Assembly: GCA_036495095.1 (NCBI GenBank)
Contig: DASXNK010000196.1
Location: forward strand, 11,472-75,471
Source: Candidatus Dormiibacterota bacterium
GTDB lineage: Bacteria > Chloroflexota > Dormibacteria > Aeolococcales > Aeolococcaceae
Length of the DNA stretch: 64,000 nt
Direction of reading: 5' to 3'
Shown here: positions 44,544-53,748 of the stretch, piece after piece
Position numbering within the stretch: the stretch's first letter is position 1
How the letters are laid out: every line of letters begins with the position of its first letter
Made by a program: the position numbers and the translations under genes
The notes under the pieces: model-generated
What the model was told of the DNA's origin: nothing
Seen by the model: only the letters and a program-made list of their open reading frames with translations
The model's database searches: none

Positions 44544-45856
44544 CCATCCGCGCCGTCCACTACCTCAACCAGTTCTTCGCGGGCGTCGGCGGCGAGGAGG
44601 CGGCCGGGTCGCCGCCGGCGCGCCGCGAGGGCGCGGTGGGGCCGGGGCGGCGGCTGCAGACGATGCTCGGTGACGCGGTGTGGATCGAGGCGACCGTGCA
44701 CTGCGGCGACGACCGCGCCGCCTCCGACCCGGAGGCGCCGCGGGCGATCCTCGAGCTCGCCGGCGACACCGACCTGATCATCGCCGGCCCCGCCTTCACC
44801 AGTGGCCGCTACGGCATCGCCTGCGCCCGGGTGGTTGCGGCCGCGGTCGCCGCCGGCGGCCGCGCCGTCGCCTCGATGCACGGCGACAATCCGGGCGCGG
44901 GCGAGGCCGGCGCCGCCCCCGTGGTGCTGAGCCTCGAGACCGCTCGGGGGATGGAGGAGTCGCTGCGCCGTCTCGCCCACGCCGTGGGCGCGATCGCCGC
45001 CGGTGACGATCCGTCCTCCGTCGACCATGTGCTCGTGCGCGCGGTGCGGAGCAACCGCCTCGCCGACCGCTGCGCCGCCGAGCGTGCCGTGGATCTCCTC
45101 CTGGCGCGGTTGCACGGCGACCGCGCCGCCACGGAGATCGCCATGAGCGGCTTCGGGCGGGTCAGCCCGGCGGCTCCGGTCGCCGATCCCGGCACGGCGG
45201 TGATCGCGCTGCTCACCGAGGGGGCGCTGGTGCCCCACGGCAACCCCGACCGGCTCGAGTCGGCCCGTGCCCGGCGCTGGCTGCGGTACTCGCTGGCGGG
45301 GCGCGCCGGGCTCGCCGCCGGCGAGTTCGAGTCGGTGCACGGCGGGTTCTCGACGGTGCTCGCCAACGCCGACCCCCATCGCATCCTCCCCCTCGACGTC
45401 GCCCGCGAGATGGAGGCCGAGGGCCGCATCGGCCGGCTCCACGACGACTACCTGGTGACCGCGGGCAACGGCACCCACGTCGCCACCGCCACCGGGTTCG
45501 GGGTGGAGTGGGCCGCGGAGCTGCGCCGTGCCAGCGTGCAGGCCGCGATCCTCACCGCGACGTGAGGGACCGGGACGCGTTGCGGGTCAACGCTCGCCAA
45601 GGAGCTGGAGCGCGCCGGCATCCCGACCGCCGTGCTCTGCAACCTCGTCCCGATCGCGCTGAGCGTGGGCGCGCCACGGATCGTGCCCACCCGCGGCATC
45701 CAGTTCCCGTCCGGGGATCCGTCTCTCTCCGCGGCCGAGGAACGGGCCTGGCGCCGCCGTCTCCTGGAGACCGCGCTGCGGGCGGTGGCCACGGCGGTGA
45801 GCGGCCCGACGGTGTTCGACCCCGCGGAGGTCACCGGCGTGGCGGCCGCCGGATGA
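44540..45856 (+). CDS. grdB: Glycine/sarcosine/betaine reductase selenoprotein B (GrdB family); in-frame UGA (45563-45565) decoded as selenocysteine
   Basis: N-terminus MTIRAVHYLNQFFAGVGGEE matches the GrdB family start. The track ORF ends at the TGA at 45565, but the same frame continues 97 codons (GTGTRCGSTLAKELERAGIPTAVLCNLVPIALSVGAPRIVPTRGIQFPSGDP...) with high GC3 to the TGA at 45856. The TSTU-GTCTRCG-type context is as remembered for GrdB Sec sites. Confidence 0.7.
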
Positions 45857-45860
45857 GGGC

Positions 45861-47291
45861 GTGGTGACCACCGGCGCGGCCGTCTCCGCCGCCTGCCAGC
45901 TGCTGGTGCACGCCCCCGGCATGGCCTGCCACGGCAGCAAGCCGGCCCGCGAGCTGCCCGGCGACCCGGAGGTGGCCGCCGCCTTCCGCGCGGCGCTGCG
46001 GTCGTTTCCCGAGGCGGTGGCGTACGCGCCCCACCAGGCCTTCATCGGCAACCTCCATCCCCGCGACCTGCCGCCGCGACCGTGGGTGGGGCACCCGCTC
46101 GAGGGCGCGCGACCCGACGGTCCGGACGGCGGGGTGCTGGACGAGCTCGACCTGCTCGGCGCCATGGCGGCGGTGGACGAGTTCAACCTGGTGATGCTCG
46201 ACCCCGTGGTCGCCTCCCGCGCCGCCGAGCGGCTGGCCCACCGGCCGGCGACCGCCGGCCTGGTGCTCGCCGAGGGCTGCGCCGGCGACGTCGAGGCCGC
46301 CGCCGCCGTCCCCGGGGCCATCCCCCTGCGGCTCGGCTCCACCGAGGAGATCGGCGGCGTGCTCCGCGCCGCCCACGACAGCGACGAGGCGCTGAGCGCG
46401 CCGGTGCTGCTCGAGAACCTGGTCAACAAGGCGACGGCGACGCTCGCGCTCCTCGACCTGCTGCATCGCACCGGCATCGACCCGGGGTCCATCGACTACG
46501 TGATCTCCTGCTCGGAGGAGGCGGTGGGCGACCGCTACCAGCGCGGCGGCGGCAACATGGGCAAGGCCGTCGCCGGTGCGGCCGGCCTCCAGCAGGCGTC
46601 GGGCGTCGACGTCAAGAACTTCTGCGCCGGCCCGCTCTCGGCGCTGGTCATCGCCGGCAGCCTGGTGTCGGCGGGGGTGTTCCGCCGGGTCGCCGTGGTC
46701 GGCGGCGGCTCGCTCCCCAAGCTCGGCATGAAGTTCCAGGGCCACCTGCGCCACGGGCTCCCGGTGCTCGAGGACGTCCTCGGCGCCTGCGCGCTGCTGG
46801 TCGAGGCGGATGCCGCCGGCCTGCCGCGGCTGCGCCTCGACGCGGTGGGACGCCACCGGGTCGGCGCCGGCGCCTCCGGGCCGCAGATCATGGAGGCGCT
46901 CGCGTTCGAGCCCCTCGACCGGGTCGGGCTGCGCTCGATGGACGTCGACGACTACGCCACCGAGCTCCACGATCCCGACGTCACCGAGCCGCAGGGCTCG
47001 GGCAACGTCGCCGACCGCAACTACCGCACCCTCGCCGCGCTCGCGGTGCGCCGCGGCGAGATCGGGCGCGACGGCATCGACGCCTTCGTCACCGGGCGCG
47101 GCATGCCCGGCTTCGCGCCCACCCAGGGACACATCGCCTCGGCGCTCTGCTACCTGCCCCACGCGCTCCGGCGCCTGGGTCCGGAGGGATCGGCCGAACG
47201 GGTCATGCTGCTGGCCAAGGGCAGCCTCTTCCTTGGCAGGATGTCGCAGCTGTCGGACGGGATGAGCGTGCTGCTCACCCGCGGTGGCTGA
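45861..47291 (+). CDS. grdC: Thiolase-fold (KAS-III/FabH-like) protein, probable glycine reductase complex protein C beta subunit (GrdC-like)
   Basis: 476 aa, GTG start. KAS-III-like active-site region NFCAGPLSALVIAGSLVSAGVFRRVAVVGGGSL. Located between grdB and grdA. Confidence 0.45.
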   Translation: MVTTGAAVSAACQLLVHAPGMACHGSKPARELPGDPEVAAAFRAALRSFPEAVAYAPHQAFIGNLHPRDLPPRPWVGHPLEGARPDGPDGGVLDELDLLGAMAAVDEFNLVMLDPVVASRAAERLAHRPATAGLVLAEGCAGDVEAAAAVPGAIPLRLGSTEEIGGVLRAAHDSDEALSAPVLLENLVNKATATLALLDLLHRTGIDPGSIDYVISCSEEAVGDRYQRGGGNMGKAVAGAAGLQQASGVDVKNFCAGPLSALVIAGSLVSAGVFRRVAVVGGGSLPKLGMKFQGHLRHGLPVLEDVLGACALLVEADAAGLPRLRLDAVGRHRVGAGASGPQIMEALAFEPLDRVGLRSMDVDDYATELHDPDVTEPQGSGNVADRNYRTLAALAVRRGEIGRDGIDAFVTGRGMPGFAPTQGHIASALCYLPHALRRLGPEGSAERVMLLAKGSLFLGRMSQLSDGMSVLLTRGG

Positions 47292-47303
47292 CAGGAGGGA
47301 TGC

Positions 47304-47768
47304 ATGTTCGAAGGCAGACAGGTCGTGGTCCTCGGTGAGCGCGACGGCGTCGCCGGGCCCGCCATCATGGCCTGCGTCGAGGCGGCCGGCGGCTCGGTCG
47401 TCTTCGCCGCCAGCGAGTGCTTCGTCTGAACCGCGTCGGGAGCCATGGACCTGCACAACCAGGCGACCATCAAGGAGCTGGCCGAGAAGCACGGCCGTGA
47501 CTCGCTGATGGTCATCCTGGGCTCGCCCGACCCGGAGTCGGCAGGCCTCTCGGCCGCCACCGTGGTCACCGGCGATCCCACCTACGCAGGTCCGCTCTCG
47601 GAGGTCCAGTTGGGCCTCGACGTGTATCACATCCTCGAGGACGAGGTGCGCAGCGCTGTTCCCGCCCAGGTCTGGGAGGAGCAGATCGGCGTCATGGCCG
47701 AGGTGCTCGACGGCCCCGGGCTCACCGAGATGGTGAGCGGGATCCGCGGGTCGCGAACCGGCGCCTGA
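47304..47768 (+). CDS. grdA: Glycine reductase complex selenoprotein A (GrdA); in-frame UGA (47427-47429) decoded as selenocysteine in the C-F-V-U motif
   Basis: ATG at 47304, preceded by CAGGAGGGA. MFEGRQVVVLGERDGVAGPAIMACVEAAGGSVVFAASECFV-[TGA]-TASGAMDLHNQATIKELAEKHG...LSAATVVTGDPTYAGPLSEVQLGLDVYHILE reproduces the canonical GrdA sequence (GDRDG, ECFVU-TA-GAMD, AGDP-AGPL) across the stop codon. The track lists only the post-TGA part (47445-47768). Confidence 0.8.
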
Positions 47769-47813
47769 GCGCCTCCCGCCGCAGCGCCGCCCGGCGGCGC
47801 TGCGGCGCGGCCG

Positions 47814-48953
47814 TCAGTGCCGGCCGCCGGCGCGTGCGAGCAGGAGGGCGCCGGCGGTCGCCGGGATCAGGGTCAGGCAGCCGCCCGCGACCAGCGCCGC
47901 GGCGTCGGCCGGGGCGAGCAGGTGGCTGGAGAGCCCGAGGGTCGCGGCGGCCGCCGGCATCCCCAGCTGCGCCGAGGCGGCCAGCCCGGTGGCGATGCGG
48001 TCGCGACCGGCGGCGGCGAGGGCGCCGAGGACGTGGGTGACCACCGCGGCCAGCGCCAGGGCGGCGGCGAGGGCGAGCCGCGACGGCGAGGTGAGCAGCG
48101 CCCGGAGGTCGAGCTCGGCTCCCAGGAGCACGAAGAACATCGGCACGAAGAAGCCGTTGCCCAGGCCGGCGAGCTGGAGGCTGAGCCGGTCCGGCTCGCG
48201 AAGCCGGACCAGGACCATCCCGGCCACGAATCCCGCGACCAGGAGGCTCGCCCCGGTGCGCTCGGCGATCGCCGAGAGCCCGAGCAGGAGCACCATCGAC
48301 AGGCGCAGCTGCAGCGCCCAGTTGCGGGTCCGCGATTGCTCGAAGAGCCGGTGGGAGATGTCGCCGCGGAGGCGGGGGAGGAGCGCCATGAGGGCGGCGC
48401 CGGCGACGACGATGGCGGCGTCGCCGGCGAGCGCCTCGCCGAGTCCCGCCGATCCCGAGAGGGTCAGGGGCATGAGCACCACGGTGACCGAGTCGGCGAT
48501 CGCCACCCAGGCGATGAGGACGGCGACCGCGTCGCCCCCGATCCCGCGCTCCTCGATGATCGGGAATGCCACCGCCGCCGAGCTGCCGGCGATGAGGACG
48601 GCGAGGAGCGTGGCGTGACCGAGGCCGACGCCGCGGTCGACGAGGAGGCCCGCCGGCACCGCGGTGGCGGCGACCACCGCGAAGGCGGCGAGGCCGCGGA
48701 CGAACCCGCGGCGGATCGCCGGCGAGCCGATGTCGACGTGGGCCCCGGCGTTGAGCATCAGCATCGCGAAGCCGAGGGCGCGGAAGACCGGCAGCGGCGC
48801 CGCGCCGGGGTCGACGAGGCGCAGGCCGGTGTGCCCGAGGAATGCGCCGGCGGCGAGCTCGCCGACCACGACGGGGATGAGCCCGCTCCGGCCCGCGGCG
48901 AGCAGGGGGCCGGCCAGCCCGGCGATGACGAGGATGGCGAGCTGGACGAACAT
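47814..48953 (-). CDS. Cation:proton antiporter (CPA2 / Na+/H+ exchanger KefB-like)
   Basis: 379 aa, about 11 TM helices with a Na_H_Exchanger-type pattern (…GELAAGAFLGHTGL…LGFAMLMLNAG…). Confidence 0.7.
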   Translation of the reverse strand: MFVQLAILVIAGLAGPLLAAGRSGLIPVVVGELAAGAFLGHTGLRLVDPGAAPLPVFRALGFAMLMLNAGAHVDIGSPAIRRGFVRGLAAFAVVAATAVPAGLLVDRGVGLGHATLLAVLIAGSSAAVAFPIIEERGIGGDAVAVLIAWVAIADSVTVVLMPLTLSGSAGLGEALAGDAAIVVAGAALMALLPRLRGDISHRLFEQSRTRNWALQLRLSMVLLLGLSAIAERTGASLLVAGFVAGMVLVRLREPDRLSLQLAGLGNGFFVPMFFVLLGAELDLRALLTSPSRLALAAALALAAVVTHVLGALAAAGRDRIATGLAASAQLGMPAAAATLGLSSHLLAPADAAALVAGGCLTLIPATAGALLLARAGGRH

Positions 48954-49072
48954 GGGTCGGGATCATGGCGCCCCCACCATTCGCGATGCACGTGTGGATC
49001 GTGCCCGCGGCGCGCCGGCCGGCCCGCCATGGCTGCGGCGGTGCGGTGCCGCCGCCGACAATGGGCGCTGTC

Positions 49073-49435
49073 ATGGGAGACGAGACCGCGGAGGGCCTCG
49101 ACCCGATCCAGCGCCGGGTGGGCGCGGCGATCGCGTCGGCGCGTGCGTCGGCCCGGCTGAGCCAGGAGCGGCTGGCGGCGGAGGCGGGACTCGGACAGCC
49201 GGTGATCTCCCGCATCGAGTCGGGGCGTCGCCGGGTCGGCGTCGACGAGCTGCTGCGGATCGCCACCGCGCTCGGGATCGACGCCGGCGAGCTGCTCGCC
49301 ACCGGGGGGGCCGCCGACGGTGACGAGACCGTGCTCGAGCAGCTGCGCGACCCCGCGGTGGCGGTGCCGCTGGGCTGGGTGCCCGGCTTCCTCGACGACC
49401 TCGAGCGGCTGGAGCGGCTGGGCTCCGGAACATGA
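49073..49435 (+). CDS. XRE-family helix-turn-helix transcriptional regulator
   Basis: HTH_3 motif (IASARASARLSQERLAAEAGLGQPVISRIESGRRRVGVDELLRIATALGIDAGELL). Start could also be the Met at 49061. Confidence 0.75.
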   Translation: MGDETAEGLDPIQRRVGAAIASARASARLSQERLAAEAGLGQPVISRIESGRRRVGVDELLRIATALGIDAGELLATGGAADGDETVLEQLRDPAVAVPLGWVPGFLDDLERLERLGSGT

Positions 49436-50220
49436 CCGACCGGCGGCCGATCCGCGAGGGTGTGGAGCGGGCCGCCGCGCTGCGCATCGAGCAGCGCCTG
49501 GGTGCGGCTCCGATCCGCGACGTCTTCGCGGTGATCGAGGACCTGCGTCCGGATGCGATGGTGATCCGCCGCCCCATGACCGGCGGCCCCGGCGGAGCCC
49601 TGGTCGGGATCCGCGACCGCTGGCTGGTGATCGTCAACACCCACGAGCGCGTCCTGCGTGAGCAGCGCGACATGGCCGCGCACCTGCTCGGCCATCTGCT
49701 GCTCGACCCCGGGTCGCGGCGCCTCCACGTCGAGGTCGACATGCTCGACGGCAGCACCCCCGCGAGGGTGCGGGCGAGCGCGTTCGCGACCAACTGGCTG
49801 GTCCCGGTCTCGGCGATCGCCGGATGCGCCGCCGCCTGGGGGCTGGAGAGCTGGGGCGCCGAGCACCTCACCGCGGTGTCGATGGAGTACGGGATCAGCG
49901 TCCGGGCGCTGGTCTGGCAGCTGCTCACCACCTCGACCCTCGGGGAGGCCGACCGCCGCCGGGTGGTGGGCGCCGGCGAGGCGTCGCCGGAGGACACCCT
50001 CCGCCTCGCCAGCAGGATGGGGATGTCGGAGTACGTACGCAGCGGCCTCGCCGCCCGGGGGGCGGTGGCCTGGCCGCGGCGGTACGTCGCGCTGGTGGCC
50101 CGGGCGTACGACCGCGGTGACCTGGCGCGCGCCGAGGTCGAGAGGCTGCTCGAGGACGACGCGCTGGTGCGCCAGGTCACCGACCTCAGGGGTCGGGACC
50201 GGGACGCCGCCGGCTCCTGA
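49432..50220 (+). CDS. ImmA/IrrE-family (DUF955) metallopeptidase-like protein, partner of the XRE regulator; HEXXH motif degenerate
   Basis: ATG overlaps the XRE stop (ATGA). Family-typical core AAHLLGHLLL, where canonical members have HExxH. Confidence 0.55.
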   Translation: MTDRRPIREGVERAAALRIEQRLGAAPIRDVFAVIEDLRPDAMVIRRPMTGGPGGALVGIRDRWLVIVNTHERVLREQRDMAAHLLGHLLLDPGSRRLHVEVDMLDGSTPARVRASAFATNWLVPVSAIAGCAAAWGLESWGAEHLTAVSMEYGISVRALVWQLLTTSTLGEADRRRVVGAGEASPEDTLRLASRMGMSEYVRSGLAARGAVAWPRRYVALVARAYDRGDLARAEVERLLEDDALVRQVTDLRGRDRDAAGS

Positions 50221-50844
50221 ACCGCTGGGGCCCGGCCACCGCGCTGCTGCGTGCGGATGACCGGGCCCGTGCGTGTGTGAGATCCCCGCCAGCGTAGGCG
50301 GCACCGCGCCTCCAGGTCACCGGACGCCGCGCCCGAGCCGGCGCGGCCACGCCCGTCCACGCGATCGCATCGGAGCGGGCCCGTGGCGTTGCGATCTCAT
50401 GCGGCGAGCGCATCGTCGTGGCGCCCTGCCAACCGTGTCCGGTACGCATCCGCCGGTGATATTCGGATATCGCATGACCCACCGCCGCATCGTGCGCACG
50501 CTCATTCACCTGCGGGCGCCGGCGCGGGGCGGCCGGGTTGGGCGAACTGCAACGGGGATCGCCGGGGCTGGTGGGTCTGTGGGACATCGGCGCCGCCGGG
50601 TTCACCGCTCTGTCCGGTGACACCGTGCCGGCGGCGCCATACCTTCAGCGCATGTGCCACGCACGAGCAGTGCAGCCCTCTCGCGTGGTTCCACGTCTCG
50701 GCTTCCTCGTCGGGTGGCGGCGGAATTCGGGGATCCGCAAGGAGGGAAATGTGATCTCAGCCTAGACCAGGCACTCGGTTGCACGTCACTCGACAACACC
50801 GGTCACATGACATGTGCCTGCACATGCGCGAGGTAGTACGTCCC

Positions 50845-52923
50845 ATGGTTGCAACACGATTCAGACGGGCACGGAGAGCGCGGCGCGTGCTCCCCCTGCT
50901 GTTGGTTCCGGCGCTGCTCGGAGCCGTCGCCCTCGGTGGGACCCGCATCTCGTCGAGCAAGCCCGTCTCCGCGGCGGGTGAGCTCCCGATGGTCCCGCCG
51001 ATCTTCCACCTCAACGACGGGCCGACGTGGTTCGACACCGGCGTGGACGTCTCCGGCACCCACTCCCTGGCGGTGGCGACGCCGGGCACCACGGTGAAGT
51101 TCATCGTGGGACCGCCCGACACCCTCAGCGACCACGATCCCGACAGCGTGATCTGGCCGACCGGCGCACCCGGCATGCCCTTCCACAATGACGGCGGCTT
51201 CATCGGGGAGAAGTCGGTCACGCTGACCACCCCCGGTCTGTATGCGTTCCAATGCACCATTCATCCCTACATGCTCGGCGCGGTGCTGATCGTCGACCCC
51301 GCCGCGGCGGCCGGCGGCACCCTGGTGCCCGACTTCGGGAAGATGCTGAGCGTCCGCGGCGTCGACAAGCCGCTGCCCTCGGCGTCCGACTACATCTACC
51401 GGCTGGTCCGGGTGTTCTTCGTCATCACCAACTCCGAGAACTGGAGGCGGTACTACCCGGACAAGGCGGGGTCGTGGATGCCGCGATACGCGCCGTCCCC
51501 GATCATCGTCCACGACGCCAGCGGGACGCCGAACCTGATTCCCAACCTCGAGACCTTCTTCCATCAGTACTTCCATGAGCCGGTCGCGATTCCCGCGATC
51601 ACCGATGCGCAGCACCCCAAGGTCCCGGGGGTGGGCGAGGTCATGCAGTCCACCCAGATGGAGGAGCTCAACGAGAAGGCCTATCCGGGCACGGTCTCCT
51701 TCATCGACACCAACAGCTGGAAGGTGGTCCGGAAGTTCGGGCTCCCGAGCATCAACAACGGTGGTGGCCTCGACAACCCCCACAACCAGTGGGTGAGCCG
51801 GGACGAGAACACCGTCTACTCGGACGAGTGGTTCTCCAACAAGACCACCGCGTTCGACCGCTTCACCGGCCAGTTCCTCCGCCAGACGGTGGTGGGACTC
51901 TCGCCGGCCCACGTGGTCACCCGCAGCGCCACCGACGAGCTGATCGTCGGCATCAACGGCGGCAACAGCCTCGCCGAGGTCGCGCCCGGCGACAACGGCG
52001 TCATGAAGAACTTCTCGGCGGTCCTCCCCGGAGAGGGCATCGCCCATCCGCACGCCCACTGGCTGAGCCCCGACGGCAACACCGCGGTCGCCCCGAATGC
52101 CAACTTCGACAGCGCTTCGCTGTTCAACCTCAACGCCAACGATCCCAACCTGTCGATCACCAAGCGGACCTTCGTGGGCAGCATCCCGATCGCCACGGCG
52201 ATGAGCTCGACCGCCGACCGCGCCTACTCCGCCGGCCTGATGAGCAACAACATCGTCTGCATCTCGATGGCCGGCCCCGCCTGCCACGACGGCGGCAGGC
52301 TGGTCGACAGCAAGAACATCTCGCTCACCAAGGGCTACGACTACGTCAGCGGGCTGATGAGTGGCACCTCGGGCATCCCGATCGAGCTCCCCCCGCTCAG
52401 CGCGGACTCCGGCAGCAGCGCGATGGGTCCCGGCTTCCTGCCGATCCAGAACGCGGTCAGCCCGGACAACCGGGTGATGCTGGTCGCCAACGCCGTCTCC
52501 GGCACCATCAGCGTCATCGACATCGCCAGGGACGAGGTCGTCAAGGTCCTGCCCTGCGATCCCGGATGCCACGGCGTCAACTGGGGCGCGAAGAAGGGTG
52601 GCGGCTACTACGGCTACGTCACCAGCAAGTTCGCGAACATCACCTCGGTCGTCGACTCCGACCCGGCCGGTGACGGCGACATCTCCAAGGTCGCGGTGGT
52701 CGGCAGGTTCCTGACCGACACCGACTCCGGCACCAAGACCGACGTCAGCCCCAAGAAGCTGCAGGGCCTCCGCGGCCAGTACACCACCGACGGGATGGGT
52801 GGCCAGGGCGTCCTCGGCCTTCCGATCGCCTACAACGGCTGGGTCCAGAGGCTCCCCGACGGGCTGAAGGCCGGCCTCACCTGCCAGCAGCGGGATCCGA
52901 TGAATCCCCGGGCCTGCGGCTGA
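50845..52923 (+). CDS. Secreted two-domain protein: N-terminal type-1 copper cupredoxin domain plus C-terminal YVTN/beta-propeller repeat domain
   Basis: Signal peptide with RRARRARRVLPLLLVPALLGAVALG. Cupredoxin ligands H...C-x2-H-x2-M (FHNDGG ... LYAFQCTIHPYMLG). Propeller repeats (SPDNRVMLVANAVSGTISVIDIARDEVVKVL). Confidence 0.7.
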   Translation: MVATRFRRARRARRVLPLLLVPALLGAVALGGTRISSSKPVSAAGELPMVPPIFHLNDGPTWFDTGVDVSGTHSLAVATPGTTVKFIVGPPDTLSDHDPDSVIWPTGAPGMPFHNDGGFIGEKSVTLTTPGLYAFQCTIHPYMLGAVLIVDPAAAAGGTLVPDFGKMLSVRGVDKPLPSASDYIYRLVRVFFVITNSENWRRYYPDKAGSWMPRYAPSPIIVHDASGTPNLIPNLETFFHQYFHEPVAIPAITDAQHPKVPGVGEVMQSTQMEELNEKAYPGTVSFIDTNSWKVVRKFGLPSINNGGGLDNPHNQWVSRDENTVYSDEWFSNKTTAFDRFTGQFLRQTVVGLSPAHVVTRSATDELIVGINGGNSLAEVAPGDNGVMKNFSAVLPGEGIAHPHAHWLSPDGNTAVAPNANFDSASLFNLNANDPNLSITKRTFVGSIPIATAMSSTADRAYSAGLMSNNIVCISMAGPACHDGGRLVDSKNISLTKGYDYVSGLMSGTSGIPIELPPLSADSGSSAMGPGFLPIQNAVSPDNRVMLVANAVSGTISVIDIARDEVVKVLPCDPGCHGVNWGAKKGGGYYGYVTSKFANITSVVDSDPAGDGDISKVAVVGRFLTDTDSGTKTDVSPKKLQGLRGQYTTDGMGGQGVLGLPIAYNGWVQRLPDGLKAGLTCQQRDPMNPRACG

Positions 52924-52982
52924 CGACGACGATCACCTGACCCTCGGGTGCCCGTCCCAGGTGGGGCGGGCACCTCTCGGGG

Positions 52983-53480
52983 TCACGCCCGATGATCGCA
53001 CGTCCGGAGCGAGTCGACGAGCCTCACCAGACAGCCGGCGAGCGCCGGCGCGCCGGCGCCGCCGTCGCCGCGTGAACTCCGATCGAGCTCGGCGTCGAGC
53101 TCGGCGAGGAGCCGGTGGGCGCGCTGCACCCGCGCCTCGGGCCCGTCGATGACCAGGCGGGGGACGGTCGCGCTGCGCTCGCCCTCGGGCGGCAGGCTCC
53201 GCGCCAGCGCGGTGGTGACGGCCGTCGCGCCGTCGAGCAGCCGGGCGGCGGCGGGGACGCGCTCCCGCCGGAGGGCGTCGGCGAGGCGTCCGAGCAGCTC
53301 GTCCAGGTCCTCGCAGAGGGTGCGCTGGTGGCGGCGCACGATCTGCAGCTCCAGCTCGTCGTGGGACAGCTCGCGCCAGTGGCGCTGGGCGCCGATCAGC
53401 CGCTGCAGGCGCCCGGCGCCGCCGTCACGCTCCGCGGCGGGAGCATCGGCGTGTCCGCGCCGCAGCTCATGGGTGGCGAC
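52983..53480 (-). CDS. Hypothetical protein (helical, Arg/Glu/Leu-rich), downstream partner of the 93-aa gene
   Basis: Minus-strand ORF with high GC3. Likely starts at an internal GTG near 53480. No motif identified. Confidence 0.3.
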   Translation of the reverse strand, partial: VATHELRRGHADAPAAERDGGAGRLQRLIGAQRHWRELSHDELELQIVRRHQRTLCEDLDELLGRLADALRRERVPAAARLLDGATAVTTALARSLPPEGERSATVPRLVIDGPEARVQRAHRLLAELDAELDRSSRGDGGAGAPALAGCLVRLVDSLRTCDHRA

Positions 53481-53748
53481 GGCCGAGCGGGCTGACGCTC
53501 CGCACCTCGAAGCCCAGCCGGCGCAGGGCCGCCCGGGCCTGGGTCGTGTTGAAGTCGAGGACGTCGATGCCGGTCGCCCGGGCGAAGACCTCCTTGACCG
53601 GGTACAGCGTCCTCTCGATCTCGACGGCGTGCTGCCGGACCATCCCGAAGTCGCCGTCGCGCACCGCGCGGAGCACGTCCGCCCTGCGGAGGCGCAGCCG
53701 CACACCGCGAACCACCAGCTCCACGGCGTCCACCTTGGCCTCGGGCAT
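53467..53748 (-). CDS. Hypothetical small protein (93 aa)
   Basis: MPEAKVDAVELVVRGVRLRLRRADVLRAVRDGDFGMVRQHAVEIERTLYPVKEVFARATGIDVLDFNTTQARAALRRLGFEV. Small, with a 14-nt overlap with the downstream ORF, resembling a toxin-antitoxin-like pair. Family not identified. Confidence 0.4.
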   Translation of the reverse strand: MPEAKVDAVELVVRGVRLRLRRADVLRAVRDGDFGMVRQHAVEIERTLYPVKEVFARATGIDVLDFNTTQARAALRRLGFEVRSVSPLGRRHP

